Assembly (NCBI RefSeq): GCF_009914755.1
Contig: NC_060927.1
Direction: 5' to 3' (one strand)
Source of the DNA: the human T2T-CHM13v2.0 reference genome, Homo sapiens
Length of the DNA stretch: 64,000 nt
Below the pieces are notes generated by a model. That model was not told the DNA's origin. It was given only the letters and a program-made list of their open reading frames with translations, and did no database searches. This document shows positions 1 through 14,500 of this stretch, piece by piece. The position numbers and the translations under genes were made by a program. Position 1 is the first letter of the stretch. Every line of letters begins with the position of its first letter.

Positions 1-1585
1 GTTAACTCAAGTCCCAAGGGTTCTGCAATAAGTATATGGGAAATCCTGCCAGGCTTGTGTCCTTCCCTTCAGGGCAGTAAGTTCTCTCTGGCTCTGGTCA
101 GGTCCAGAGATGTTTTCTGGGAGTCACGGCCTGGAGTTGGGAAATTTAGAAATCTACTTGGTGCTCTATTCTACCGCAGCTAAGCTGGCACCCAAACCAT
201 AAGACAAAGTCCTTTCTGCCCTTCCCTCTCCTTTCCTCAAGCAGAGGAATCTCTCTGACCACCACTGCTCCGGGCACATGGAGAGTATTGCCTGGCTACC
301 AATGACATTCACTCGAGGTCCAAGGGCTCTTCAGTGAGCTTGTGGTGAATGCTGCCAGTCCTGAGTCTCTCTCCTCAGGGAAGTTGTCTTTCCTCTGGCC
401 CAGGACAGGTCCAGGAATGTCATTCAGGAGCCAAATCCTGAAATCAGAGATCCTAGGAGCCCACTTGATCCTCTGCCATACTGTGGCCAAACTGGTACCC
501 AAGCGGCAAGATAAAGTCCTCTTTACTTTTCCCTCTCTTTTCCTCAAGCAGAAGGGATCTCTCCCTGTAGCCACCACAGCTGGGAATGTGCTGTTCACAA
601 CTGAAGCCAGCAGGGCTCTGAGTCTCACTCAAGGCCTGCAGCAAGTACTGCTTGGCTATCACTGCTGATTATTCAGGGCCCAGTGCTCTTCGGTTAGCAG
701 GTGATGCACTCTGCAAGAACTGAGTCCCTCCCTTCATTCAAGGCAGCAGGTTCTCTTCCAGCTCAGGGTATGTTTAGAAACGCTGTCTGGAAGCCAAGGC
801 CTAGAACAGAGGCCTCAGGACTCTGCCTGGTGCCCTATGCTACTATGGCTGAACTAGTATCCAAGTTGCAAAACAATATCCTCTTTACTCTCTCCTCTCC
901 TCTTCTGAAACAAAGGGAAGAAGGAGCTGCCTGGAGCTGTGAGCTGTGTTGCCTAGAGTTAGTGGGGAGCAGCTCAAGCACTCCCTTCACCAGCTGATAT
1001 CTTCTTAGGTCATGTGTACCCCAGGTCCACTGGTTCTGAGCTCAGTACAGGACCAGGACTTTCCTTGCAGTCCTTGTGGCCTAGACTGCCTTTCAAGTTT
1101 ATTTAGAACTTCAGAGCACTTTAGCCTGTGGTGGTGGAGCTTGCCGGAACTCAGGTTCTGACCATTGGCATGGACAATTTGCCTCTGGCTAGGGCTGGTC
1201 TAAATGCTCCCTCCTTGGGAACCTGCTGAGTTCTTCCTGGTGTTGCTTTCTACTGTGACAGGGCAACACTGAGTTACAATACAAAGTCCCACAATCACTG
1301 CACTCTCCTTCCCCCAAGCACAAAGATTCTTTCTCCACGTCTCATGGACTGTGCAGGAGAATGGCGGAATGGTGACATCAACCATTCAAGACTGTCTTTT
1401 CTACCCTCTTCAGTGCCTCTTTCCTTAATATACTGTTAAAACCAGATACTGCAATCACCCACCTGGTCTTTTGTTCTTATGAAGGTACTTTTTTGTATGT
1501 ACAGTTGTTCAATTTGGTGTTTCTGCCGGGGAACAACCACTGCAGGCTTCAATTTGGCCATCTTGCTCTGTCTTCCCCCTGCCAC
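1..1585 (-). mobile_element. 5' UTR end of an old LINE-1 (L1M/L1PB-type) with tandem 300-360 bp monomers
   Basis: Reverse complement of about 1556-1579 reads GGGGAAGACAGAGCAAGATGGCC, resembling the L1 5' start with the CAAGATGGCC YY1 motif; block AAAGTCCT...CCCTCTC...CCTCAAGCAGA recurs near 205, 512 and (more diverged) 875. Confidence 0.75.
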
Positions 1586-1794
1586 CCCACCCCTCTCACA
1601 TTCTTGAAATGAGTAAAAAGCCTTCACGCTAAGCATGGCCATGGAATCTTCCCATGTTGAACTGTAAGATGAACAGAGTCATATTTCAAATAAAGAGATT
1701 AGGCTGACATGAATGATCATATTTTTAATAACTTATTAACCTAATTGCATGCCACAATTACATAGTGAGTTTTCATCTTTTAAATCAATTTTGG

Positions 1795-1945
1795 GGTGAG
1801 GGATGAAATACTACCTATTGGGTACAATGTTCACTATTCAAGTGATGGGTACACTTAAAGCCCAGACATCACCACTACACAATATATCCACGTAACGTAA
1901 CTGCACTAGTAGCTCTCAGTCTACTTTTTTGTTAAAAAAAAAAAA
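1795..1945 (+). mobile_element. L1 3' end fragment (L1PB/L1MA-like) with A tail
   Basis: CTACCTATTGGGTACAATGTTCACTATT...AAAGCCCAGAC...ACCACTACACAATATATCCA typical of L1 3' UTR, followed by poly(A). Confidence 0.8.
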
Positions 1946-2082
1946 GAGCAAAAACAACAGCAAGAGGAAAGATATATATTTAAGAAAAAAGCATTTCAAT
2001 GAGGCAAAAACAACTGGTTCATCCTTAGGTCCTTAGGCCCATTTATTACTTCGAACTGTATGCCCACTTTTTTATTTTATAA

Positions 2083-2432
<350 letters not shown>

Positions 2433-3413
2433 TGTACAATGCTGTTTTAAAAGCAGCGCTCGTCTTTGCTGCCTTTCAACTTTACATGCTTTGGTTTCTC
2501 ATAGAGAAAATAAAAATTGTTTTTAATCCTTAAAGAACTTCTGACAGGAGAGAAAAATGACTTGTGTGTCCCAAAGCCCCCAATCCCAAAGACATCTAAG
2601 CAAAACCAAGTTGGGGGTGGGGGTGGAGAATTTAAATAGCAGTAATTATCGTATCTCAATTTGCAAGAAAAACAAATGCCTCAAATACCATTATTCATTT
2701 AAGTTTTCTGACAACCTGACATTTATCTCCTTTAGTGCTATATTATAGAAATGTTTCTTATTATATTCATTTTCCAGAGACTGAGAACTTTTAAAACCAA
2801 TGAAATGCATGTCCCAGAGTTGATCCTTTGCTTTAAAAAAAAGTTTGAAAAAGGAAAAGCTATTATGTTGATTACAAACCGAAGTGAGTTACAGTAAATG
2901 ATGCAAAGAAATTTTGACAAATAGGTATATGCACTTGAAAGTGGTACTACTCTGCTCTCAAGGTGTTGCTGTTAAGATATGAACCAACGCTGAAAACTCC
3001 ATATCCACAGATAGCTGGCTTCTTCGATAAAATTCAATTCAAATCAAAGAGTAATTAAAGCACTTAATTTGCATGAGCACTGTTCCAAGATTAACTAAAG
3101 GGCTGAGGGGAGCTGGAGGTGGGGAGCTCAATTAAGAACCTATTCAACATATTTCAAGAGAGAGGGACAATCTGAATTTAGGATATGGATGTGGAAATAG
3201 AAAGGGGAATGTGAGAGACATTATCAAGAGAGAATAAATACAATGTGAAGAGACAACCTGGGAGAAGGGAGAAAAATATTGCCAGGCTTAAAATACATGA
3301 CAATGAAAAGGCCATTAACCAATAGGGCTAACTACAAAGGTGGTGCTTTGGTGGCAAAAAATTTTCTTTGGAAATACTGATTTGAGGTACTTGCACATGA
3401 AAACTTAACCTCA

Positions 3414-3720
3414 GCTGGGCGCAGTGGCTCACGCCTGTAATCCTAGCACTTTGGGAGGCAAAGGTTGGTAGATTGCCTCAGCTCAGGAGTTCGAGACCAG
3501 CCTGGGCAACACAGTGAAACCCCGTCTCTACTAAAATACAATAAAAATTAGCCAGGCGTGGCAGCATGCACCTGTATAGTCCCAGCTACTCAGGAGGCCG
3601 AGGCAGGAGAATTACTTGAACCCGGGAGGAGGAGGTTGCAGTGAGCTGAGATCACGCCATTGCACTCTGGCCTGGGTGACAGAGCGAGACTCCATTTCCA
3701 AAAAAAAAAGAAAAAAAGAA
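3414..3720 (+). mobile_element. Alu (AluS)
   Basis: Full dimer with A tail; TSD AAAACTTAACCTCA / AAAACCTAACCTCA. Confidence 0.97.
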
Positions 3721-4353
3721 AACCTAACCTCACAGAGAATTGTACCTGGAGATGTATGGGGGAAAGACACATTATTTTGGAAACATTTAAAGAACCTCAT
3801 ACTCAGAACTAGAAAAAAAGACATCTTCATAAATTCTGATGCATTTTTCATCCTAATACCAGCAGTGACACAATCAGGACAGGGAATGTGTCTGCTTACC
3901 CAGCAATCAAGGAAGATGAAGGAGATGAAGCAGACAGAGGGCAGGGAGGGTCAACCCTGACTGCACCAGCACCAAAGGCTAGAGTTTCTTCTGGTATAGC
4001 AAAGCCTAAATAATTTTCTTCATTAAGCTTATTTTTTCATCCATGGGAAAAGGAACATGTGTTCATATTACATTAACTTGAAAAATTCAGAATTAATGAA
4101 AAAATAAGCCTCAGAATCTTAAATCAACTGAATATAGCAACAGAGAATAGATGAAGCCCCAAAGGGCTTCTGTCACACTCATATATAATAAAAACACCAG
4201 TCATGTTTACAGTTCAATTTTATAGAGCTAAATTGATGAGTAGTTTTGGAGTGTTCTAGAAATTCTACAATATTCATTTTTTATTGCAGTTTTTGAATTT
4301 ATTAATAATTAGGCAAGAAATCATTAACTACATTTTCAAAACAGTAGAAGTAA

Positions 4354-4698
<345 letters not shown>

Positions 4699-4899
4699 AA
4701 CACAATACAATTCCAATTTTTAAATAGTACTACTTAAATCACAAATACAACTGACTGTTATTAATACAATGAACCAGGTTGAGTTATCTGCCATTACTTA
4801 CTTTAGAACTTAGCTCATGTCAGAAATATACAAAATACTCCTTTGATATAAACAGATAGCTTGGGGGAAAACGAAAAACTCTTATTAGAATTACTACTA

Positions 4900-5065
4900 G
4901 TTGCTGTAGCAACTGTCGAAGTGTTTTACTATGTGCCAGGCACTGGGCCAGAGACTCTTTGTTCATCTCTTTAATCTTCACTACATTTCTATAAAGTAGG
5001 TATCTTGAGATGTCCATTGTACTGAAAAGGAGACAAAGCAAAGGTTAGGGGAGTTAAGTAACTCA
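4900..5065 (-). mobile_element. MIR
   Basis: ACTATGTGCCAGGCACTG...GTTAAGTAACT matches reverse-complement MIR core. Confidence 0.7.
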
Positions 5066-5471
5066 GTAACTTAAATGTTTTTCTCCCTTAGCTGAAATGA
5101 TGCATGCCACAGGTTTGAAAAACATTCTTTCCCTATTCAATCATTTATTTAAGTGATAAACATTAATCTCAACATAAACAGAAAATAGATTGAATACTGT
5201 GATTATTACTTTGAAACCAAAGCTCCATCTTTAGAGAAACTCATACTGGCAAAGCAAACAAGGACTGATGAATTGGAGGTGCACTTGTGCGCTTAAAACT
5301 GCAGCAGCTGATGTAGGCACTGGAGGGGCTACAACCCAGGGACCCAGGTAGTTTGCAGAAATTCACAAGGTGCAGGGTATCAGTTTTGTCATCACTTTGA
5401 TACCTGTCAACTTCATGGGCCTGGGCCAATCAGCCAACTTGCTCAAACCTCACGTTTCTTTCATGTAAATA

Positions 5472-5720
5472 CAGGTTAAGCACCCCTACACCAAATACCC
5501 AATATCTGAAATGCTCCCAAATCTGACACTTCTTGAGTGCTGAGCTGACGCCACAAGTGGAAAATTCCACCCCTGACCTCATGTGATGGGTCATAATCAA
5601 AATGCAGTTGCATAACACAGTTTATTAAGAGTCTCCAAGGGGAAAAAGGCCCTTCCAGTCCCCTTCAGCGTATCTTTTCCACTCATGCCCAGATTTCCCT
5701 ACACAAGCATGCCACAAAGT
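5472..5720. mobile_element. Tigger4/Zombi (MER46-type) DNA transposon end
   Basis: TA-CAGGTTAAGCACCCCTA...AATGCTCCCAAATCTGA...GTGGAAAATTCCACCCCTGACCTCATGTGA resembles the Tigger4 terminus. Confidence 0.7.
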
Positions 5721-6154
5721 ATTGTGTATTATGTGGGAAATAACACACAGGGAACTTGGCACAAGAACTGGCATACAATTCCCGAAATAGTAGAGCTGTC
5801 ATCATCATTACTGGTTTTTATAGTAACTGTGACCCCAAAGAGTTAATAGAAGTGAGATAGTAGAAAAACTGATGGCTGTGCAGTCACAGAAATCTTCCAA
5901 GTCTACATCTCTCATTGAGGAGATATGCACCATTTGCAAAGTTATTTAACGTACCTGAGCCTCAGTGTCCCTGAGTGTAAAATATAAATAAAAATATTTC
6001 CCTGGTATGAGACAGAAAAATAGAGCTAATGTGTCAAAAGTACCACATGGAGAGACTGGAACACAGGAAGTTCCTATTACTGTTAGTATGAAGGCGCTTT
6101 AAGAACTCAAACTAGGCAACAGGTACAGGCCACAGGGGGAATAAACGCAAACGT

Positions 6155-6560
6155 CCAGTTAAAACCAAATCCAGACATAAGAGAAACTTTATTTGAAAAA
6201 GTAACTGCTATAAGGGGAGTGAGACTACTGCAATAGGGAGAGCTCTGGTCATGAGATGTGCAAGTAGCTCAACGATTGGGCAGAAAGGAATTTTCTTTTA
6301 TAGGGAGGGGTAAGCAAGGCTAGAAAGATCAGCTGGGAGCACTGACTAGGGAAAGCTTCTCCTGAAGGTCAGCTGGTTCTCAGGAGGGGTATTCAAGGAG
6401 AGGCTGCTCTGCATCCCAATGCTGAAGGCATGGTCAAAGTTCAAGGGCCTAGGGAGCGAGACACACCTGACTGAAGTTTGGTTGATTATTTGGGCACTGG
6501 GTATAAACAAATCAGCTGACCATTTATAAGGCGCAGAACGGGAATGTGAAAACTCAGCTT
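6155..6560 (-). mobile_element. Old ERV LTR fragment, family uncertain
   Basis: LTR-like composition with reverse-strand poly(A) signal (ACTTTATT about 6187) and CTTTTATAGGG TATA-like element. Confidence 0.4.
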
Positions 6561-7859
6561 CTGGCCTTGTCGGAGGTACTTAAGTGAGCATCATTTGGTC
6601 TCGTCCTGGACACCCGGGGAAGGATTTTTTTTTTTTTTAAGAAGCCTTTTCCAGAAGACAAAGGGTGGGGGATTTCTTCACCTAGTGCTATTTTCCAAAA
6701 TACTTGGCTCAGGTAAAGCTCAACATTACCATAAACAGAACAAACTATATATATATATATGTATGGTTTGTATATGTTTAAGTACGTATATACAGTTTCG
6801 TTTACATGCATATGCTGAATATAGTTCAGTACTTTTAAGCAAAGTATTATAATATCATATTCAAACAATCACCACCTTTTTTTCCTACAAAAATAAGCAA
6901 TGAATTAAAAGCAAGTCTGTCATTAACCCACGGTGAGGAAGGAGGAACAATTTTAACTACCTGAGGTCTTCAAAATGGATTTTTTTTTTTCAGTTCTTAT
7001 TCTAATGCAATTTCCTGGTCAGAATCTTTTTATACATAACCTTGAATATAACAAAAACCAGGAAAATGGCTTGTACACAAAATGAAGGCTACTAAGAGCA
7101 TGAGAAAATATTTCATTCTTTTCCTTTGATCATCTACTTTTCTTTTGAGAGAGATGCAGAGAGAGGATTTGAGTGTTTATGCCTGCCTTTGGATTTCTTT
7201 TGCTGGGTTTTCTATTAAGTCTTCTCTGACATCATTACTAGCTTATGCATACTGAATGTGTACTCTCTTGCCAGGCATCACACTAACCACACTATGTAAT
7301 AATTTCTATAGATCTCCACACAGCTCAGTGAGAACAGTGCTACTGTTAAAAAGTTTCATATTAATGTCTGCATTTTAGATCTACTGCAAATAATCACATA
7401 TTATTTTTCTGGTAGATGAATTTCATGCCAAAAGATTAACTTAACCTTTTATATACATATGTAAACAATCGGTATAGGCATGTAGATATAAACATGTATA
7501 GAACACAAACTTGCATTTGTCTCAGGAATCAGGTAGAGACCATAGTAAACATTTTTATCTTGGAAGGAGGGCAGAGAGCTCATCATCATCAATTCAGAAC
7601 CTATAATGATTTTACCCAAACTTCTCTAATATGATAGGGAGCAACACTTTTTCACCCTGTTCATAGTACGAATGAAAGGTGAATTATCTTGGTCTAGTTT
7701 GAGTTCTGCTTGCTCACCCCTGGAAGGAGAAAGTGCATACCATAGAGAAGCGTGGAGATTCTTTGCTGGGTAATAGGAAATTGGTCTTCACAGCAGAAAA
7801 TAATAATTGCAACAAAAGTACTAACAAAAATAATAACAACAATTAGAGCAACAATAAAA

Positions 7860-8070
7860 ACTACAGCATTGACATACTGATTGCTCATAATATGCCAGGC
7901 ACTGGATAAGCGCCCTATTTCACTACCAAACATAATTCTTCCAATAATCAGCAGTAACCTTATGCATCCCACTTACAGATGAAGAAATGAGACAAAGGAA
8001 GTTCACACAGCTACCAAAATTGGGAACCAGGAATTAACCTCAGGCAGTGTGACTGCACAGCCAGGGCCCT
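7860..8070 (-). mobile_element. MIR
   Basis: ATGCCAGGCACTGG...CCCACTTACAGATGAAGAAATGAGAC...AGGCAGTGTGACT. Confidence 0.75.
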
Positions 8071-8336
8071 TCCAAACAATTGGTTAACTAACCTGGGTCT
8101 TTTGCTGGCCAATGTATCGGGGAATAATCCTAGCCAACAAATTCAAGGGAAACGGAATCAAGCAAATATGAATGAACTTCATTTACTGAAAACAAAGTAG
8201 GCTTTGATAGGACTGTGTTACCATCTCTAGACCTAACTATGATTATGTCATTTCTTAGTGCCTCTTGCGGCAAAGAAAGTGCACTTTACATAAAAAAACA
8301 ATAGAATGCATCTGGCAGAAGTATGAGAAGAGTAAC

Positions 8337-8371
8337 GATCATGGTGATGGTGGTGATGATGATGATGATGA
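8337..8371. repeat. (GAT/GGT)n microsatellite
   Basis: GATCATGGTGATGGTGGTGATGATGATGATGATGA. Confidence 0.85.
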
Positions 8372-9152
8372 CAGCTTCAAGAGCAGCAGGGTAAGGATGC
8401 CACTAAAATCACCACCATTTATGTGCCAGGCATTATGATACAGTCATTACATATAACCTTTTTCTCCCACTATATTGCATGCTGCTTCACTTACCTTGTA
8501 AAACATTTTAGACATAAAAGGTGCTCCATTTTTTTGCACAAATGAACAAATACATGAAATAAAAGTATGTTGAAGGCACAGAAAAAGTATTCATAAAAGA
8601 CAAACTCAAAATTCCCAATGACACAGAGAGTATAATCACACCACATATCAAATCCAAGCCACATAGCACAGAGTGTGCTATTGAAATGAAACGCAATATA
8701 ACTATTGCTCTGGGAATTACAGATGGGATCCAGTAAAAGACACTGTATTAATTATATTGTTTTCCATGGAACTTTTCTAAGGTTGCCCAGGACAGCAACA
8801 CTGTAGAACATTCATGATGAAACTGTCAAAGAGGACTAGACTTGAGGGGCCTTAGGGAGAAAAGAGATTTGAAAATAATGTACTGCTTGCCCATGGTTCA
8901 GACGTGCCTTTCTCTGCAAGTATGATCACATTATTGATTCTCAAAGGAAGAAAGAAAATATGACTTTGTCCCTTAACTGACATCAAAGTTACAGTGTTAT
9001 GCAGTGATGCCCAAAAGCATTTGCAAATATTCAGAAACAAAGTTTTGAGTGTCCTAGGAGATGACTATCATACCAATTGATCCAAAACACAATGGTCAAG
9101 AGGCATGGAAAACCTATGGTTGGGGAGGGAGAGGAAGGGTCATAAATATATA

Positions 9153-9757
9153 CAGTCATGCACCACGTAATGACATTTTAGTCAATTTACTGGATATATG
9201 ATGGTGGTCCTATAAGATTATAATGTATCTGGAAAATTCCTATTGCTTAGTGACATCCTAGCTGTCTTAATGACATAGCACAAGACATTACTTATGTGTT
9301 TGCAGTGATGCTGGTATAAATGAACCTGTGCTGCCAGTCATATAAAAGTATTGCATATTAGGTACAGCAGGGGTCCCCAACCCCCTGGCTGCAGATCAGT
9401 GCCCATCTGTGGCCTGTTAGTACAGTGGGAGGTGAGCAGTGGGTGAGTGAGCATTACTGCCTGAGCTCTACCTCCTGTCAGATCAGAGTCGGTATTAGAT
9501 TCTGATAGAAGCATGAACCCTATTGTGAATTGCACATGCGAGGGATCTAGGTTGCATGCTCCTTATGAGAATCTAACTAATGCCTGAATATCTGAGGTAA
9601 AACAGTTTCATTCCAAAACTGTCCATCCCCCATGACCCCTGTCTGTTGAATAATTGTCTTCCATGAAACCAGTCCCTGGTGCCAAAAAGGTTGGGGGCTA
9701 CTGACGTAAAGTACATAATACTTGATAATGATAATACGTGGCTATACTGGTTGATGT
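9153..9757. mobile_element. Tigger3 (Golem/MER7-type) fragment, interrupted by MER1B and cut by a MaLR LTR
   Basis: TA-CAGTCATGCACCACGTAATGACATTTT...GGTGGTCCTATAAGATTATAAT terminus; resumes after 9703. Confidence 0.75.
9368..9703. mobile_element. MER1B (hAT-Charlie)
   Basis: TIRs CAGGGGTCCCCAACC ... GGTTGGGGGCTACTG; degenerate 8-bp TSD AGGTACAG/ACGTAAAG. Confidence 0.9.
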
Positions 9758-10880
9758 TGTATTAGTCCATTTTCACAATGCAATAAAGATATTACCAGAG
9801 ACTGGGTACTTTATGAAGAGAAGAGGCTTAATTGACTCACAGTTCCACATGGTTGGGGAGGCCTCAGGAAACTTACAATCACGGCAGAAGGCAAAGAGAA
9901 AGCAAGGTATGTCTCCCACAGTGGCAGGAGAGAAAGAGAGAGAAAACCAGCAGGGGAGAGTCCGGAGACTTATCAAATAACCACATCTCATGAGAACTCC
10001 CTCACTATCATGAGAACAGCATGGGGGAAACTGATCCAATCACCTCTCTCCAGGTCTCTCCCTCAACATCTGGGGATTACAATTCAAGAGGAGATTTGAA
10101 TGGCAAGACAGCCAAACCAAATCATTCCAGTGCTGGTCCCTCTCAAATCTCATGTCCTTTGCACATTTCAAAAGGCAATCATGCCTTCCCAACAGTTCCC
10201 CAAAGTCTTAACTCATTCTAGCATTAACACAAAAGTTCACATCCAAAATCTCATCTAAGACAAGGCAAGTCCCTTCCACTTAGGAACCTGTAAACTCAAA
10301 AACAAGTTAGTTACTTACAAGATACAATGGGGATATACAGGCATTGGGTAAATGTTCCCATTACAAATGAGAGAAATTGGCCAAAACTAAGGGGACACAG
10401 GTCCCATGCAAATCCGAAACCCAGTGAGGCAGTCATTAAATCTTAAAGCTCCAAAATGATCTCCTCTGACTCCATGGATCAAATCCAGGGCATGCTCATG
10501 CAGGAAGAGGGATCCCAGGGCCTTGGGCAGCTCTACCTCTCTGACTCTGCAGGGTACACCCCTCTCCCCCAACTCCCCAACGGCTGCTTTCACAGCTGTC
10601 GTTGAGTGTCTTTGGCTTTTCCAGGTGCACAGTGCAAGCTGTTGGTGGATCTACCATTCTGGGGTCTAGAGGATGGTGGCCCTCTTCTCACAGCTCCACT
10701 AGGCAGTGCCCCAGTGGGGACTCTGTGTGGGGACTCTGTTTGGGGGTGCCAACCCCACATTTCCCCTTTGTACTGCCCTAGCAGAGGTTTTCCATGAGGG
10801 CTCTGCCCCTGCAGTAGAATTCCGCCTGGACATCCAGGCATTTCCATACATCCTTTTATATCTAGGTGGAAATTCCCAAA
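9758..10880 (-). mobile_element. MaLR (MSTA/THE1-type) 3' LTR (9758-10124) plus about 750 bp of internal sequence
   Basis: TGTATTAGTCCATTTTCAC...GCCAAACCAAATCA LTR followed by MaLR-int motifs (CAAAGTCTTAACTCATT, GGATCTACCATTCTGGGGTCT). Confidence 0.9.
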
Positions 10881-10887
10881 GAGTTCC

Positions 10888-11510
10888 ACAAGACTAGAGA
10901 AAAAAGAATGAAGAGGAGTGAACAAAACCTCCAAGAAATATGGGACTTCATAAAAAGACTGAATCTACAACTGATTGGAGTACCTGAAGGGGATGGGAAG
11001 AACGGAAACAAGCTGGAAAACACACTTCAGGATATTATCCAGGAGAGCTTCCCCAACCTAGCAAGACAGACCAACATGCAAATTCAGAAAATTCAGAGAA
11101 CACCACTAAGATACTCCAGAAGAAGAGCAACCCCAAGACACATAATCATCAGATTCTCCAAGGTTGAAATGAAGGAAAGAATGTTAAGGGCAGCCAGAGA
11201 GAAAGGCCAGGTCACCAACAAAGGGAATCCCATGAGACTAACAGTGGACCTCTCAGCAGAAACTCTACATGCCAGAAGAGACTGGGGGCCAATATTCAGC
11301 ATTCTTAAAGAGAAGAATTTTCAACCCAGAATTTCATATCCAGCCAAACTAAACTTCATAAGCATAAGAGAAATAAAATCCTTTCCAGACAAGCAAATGC
11401 TGAGGGATTTCATCACCACCAGGCCTGCCTTGCATGAGATTCTGAAAGAAGCACTAAATAAGGAAAGGAGAAACAAGTACCAGCTGCTGCAAAAACACAC
11501 CAAAATATAA
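10888..11510 (+). pseudogene. L1 ORF1p C-terminal remnant
   Basis: REKRMKRSEQNLQEIWD...RRDWGPIF...FQPRISYPAKL are hallmark ORF1p motifs. Confidence 0.93.
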
Positions 11511-11573
11511 AGAACAATGGCACTATGAAGAAATTGCATCAAATAGTATGCAAAATAACTAGATAGCATCATC

Positions 11574-14500
11574 ATGACAGGATCAAATTCACACATAACA
11601 ATACGAACCTTAAATGTAAATGGGTTAAATGCGCCAATTAAAAGACACAGACTGGCAAATTGGATAAAGAGTCAAGACCCATCAGTGTGCTGTGTTCAGG
11701 AGACCCATCTCACACACAAAGACACAAATAGACTCAAAATAAAGGAATGGAGGAAAATTTACCAAGCAAATAGAAAGCAAAAGAAAGCAGAGCTTGCAGT
11801 CCTAGTCTCTGACAAAACAAACTTTAAACCAACAAAGATCAAAAAAGACAAAGAAGGTTATTACATAATGGTAAAGGGAACAATTGAACAAGGAGAGCTA
11901 AGTATTCTAAATATGTATGCAACCAATACAGAAGCACTGAGATTCATAAAACAAGTTCTTACAGACCTACAAAGAGACTTAGACTCCCACACAATAATAG
12001 TGGGAGACTTTAACACCATACTGTTAATATTAGATCAACAAGACAGAAAATTAATGAGGATATTCAGGACATAAACTCAGCTCTGGAGGGCTCTGGATCA
12101 AGCGGACCTAATAGACAGCTACAGAACTCCCTACCCCAACGCAACAGAATACACATTCTTCTCAGTTCCACGTGGCATTATTCTAAAATCGACCACATAA
12201 TTTGAAGTAAAACACTCCTCAGCAAATGCAAAAGAACTGAAATCATAACAGTCTCTAGGACCACAGTGCAATCAAATTAGAACTCATGATTAAGAAACTC
12301 ACTCAAAACCACACAATTACATGGAAATTGAACAACATGATCCTGAGTGAATCCTGGGTAAATAATGGAATTAAGGCGGAAATCAAGAAGTTCTTTGAAA
12401 CCAATGAGAACAAAGAGACAACATATCAGAATCTCCGGGACACAGAGTGTCCCAGTGTTAAGAGGAAAATTTGTAGCACTAAATGCTCACATCAGAAAGC
12501 TAGAAAGATCTCAAATCAACACCCTAACATCACAATTAAAAGAGCTAGAGAGGCAAGAGAAAAAAATCCAAAAGCCAGCAGAAGACAAGAAATAACTAAG
12601 ATCAGAGCAGAACTGAAGGAGATAGAGACACAAAAAACCCTCCAAAAATAAAATAAATGAAGACAAGAGCTGGTTTTCTTGAAAAAAATAAAAAATAGAC
12701 AGCAAGCTAGATTAATAAAGAAGAAAAGAGAGAAGAATCAAATACACACAATAAAAAAATGATAATAGGGATATCACCACTGACACCACAGAAATACAAA
12801 CTACCATAAGTGAATACTATAAACACCTCTATGCAAACAAACTAGAAAATCTAGAAGAAATGGATAAATTCTGGGACACATACCCCCTCCCAAGACTAAA
12901 CCAGGAAGGAGTTGAATCCTTGAACAGACCAATAATAAGTTCTGAAATTGAGGCAGTAATTAACAGTCTACTGACCAAAAAAAGCCCAAGGCCACATGGA
13001 TTCACAGCCAAATTCTACCAGAGGTACAAAGAGGAACTGGTGTCATTCCTTCTGAAACTATTCCAAACAGTTGAAAAGCAGGGACTCCTCCCTAAGTCAT
13101 TTTATGAAGCCAGCATCACCCTGATGCCAAAACCAGGAGGAGACACAGTGAAAAAAGAAACTGTAGGCCAATATCCCTGATGAGCATCAATGCGAAAATC
13201 CTCTGTAAAATACTGGCAAACCAAATCTAGCAGCACATCAAAAAACTTATCCACCACGATCAAGTCAGCTTCATTCCTGGGATTCAATGGTGGTTCAACA
13301 TACGCAACTCAATAAACGTAATCTATCACATAAACAGAACCAAAGACAAAAACCACATGATTATCTCAATAGATGCAGAAAAAGCCTTTGATAATATTCA
13401 ACATCCCTTCGTGTTAAAAACTGTCAATAAAGTAGGTTTTGATGGGACATATCTCAAAATAATAAGAGCTACTTATGAAAAACCCATAGCTAATATCATA
13501 TTGAATGGGTAAAACCTGGAAGCATTCTCTTTAAAAACTGATACAAACAAGGACACCCTCTCTCACCACTCCTATTCAACATAGTATTGAAAGTTCTGGC
13601 CAGGGCAATCAGGCAAGAGAAAGAAATAAAGAGTATTCGCATAGGAAGAGAGGAAGTTAAATTGTCTCTGTTTAGAGATTACATGATTTTATTTTTAGAA
13701 AACCCCATCATCTCAGCCCCCAAACTCCTTAAACTGATAAGCAATTTCAGTAAAGTCTCAGGATACAAAATCAATGTGCAAAAATCACAAGCATTCCTTT
13801 ACACCAACAATAGACAAGCAGAGAGCCAAATCATGAATGAACTCCCATTCACAATTGCTACAAAGAGAATAAATACCTAGGAAAACAGCTAACAGGGGAT
13901 GTGAAGGACCTCTTCAAGGAGAACTACAAACCACTGCTCAAGGAAATAAGAGAAAACAAATTGGACAACCTTCCATCCTCATGGATAGAAGGAATCAGTA
14001 TCATGAAAATGGCCATACTGCCCAAAGTAATTTACAGATTCAATGTTATTCTCAAACTACTATTGACATCCCTCACAAAATTAGAAAACACTACTTTAAA
14101 TTTCATATGGAATCTATGAAGACCTCTGTATAGCCAAGACAATCCTAAGCAAAAAGAATAAAGCTGGAGGTATCAGGCTACCTGGCTTCAAACTATACTA
14201 CAAGGCTACAGTAACCAAAACAGCATGGTACTGGTATCAAAACAGAGATATAGACCAATGGAACAGAACAGAGGCCTCAGAAATAAAACCACTCATCTAT
14301 AACCATCTGATCTTCAACAAACCTGACAAAAACAAGCAATGGGGAAAGGATTTCTTATTCAATAAATGGTTCTGGGAAAACTGGCTAGCCATATGCAGAA
14401 AACTGAAACTGGACCCCTTCCTTACACCTTATACAAAAATTAACTCAAGATGGATTAAAGACTTAAATGTAAAACCCAAAACTATAAAAACCGTAGAACA

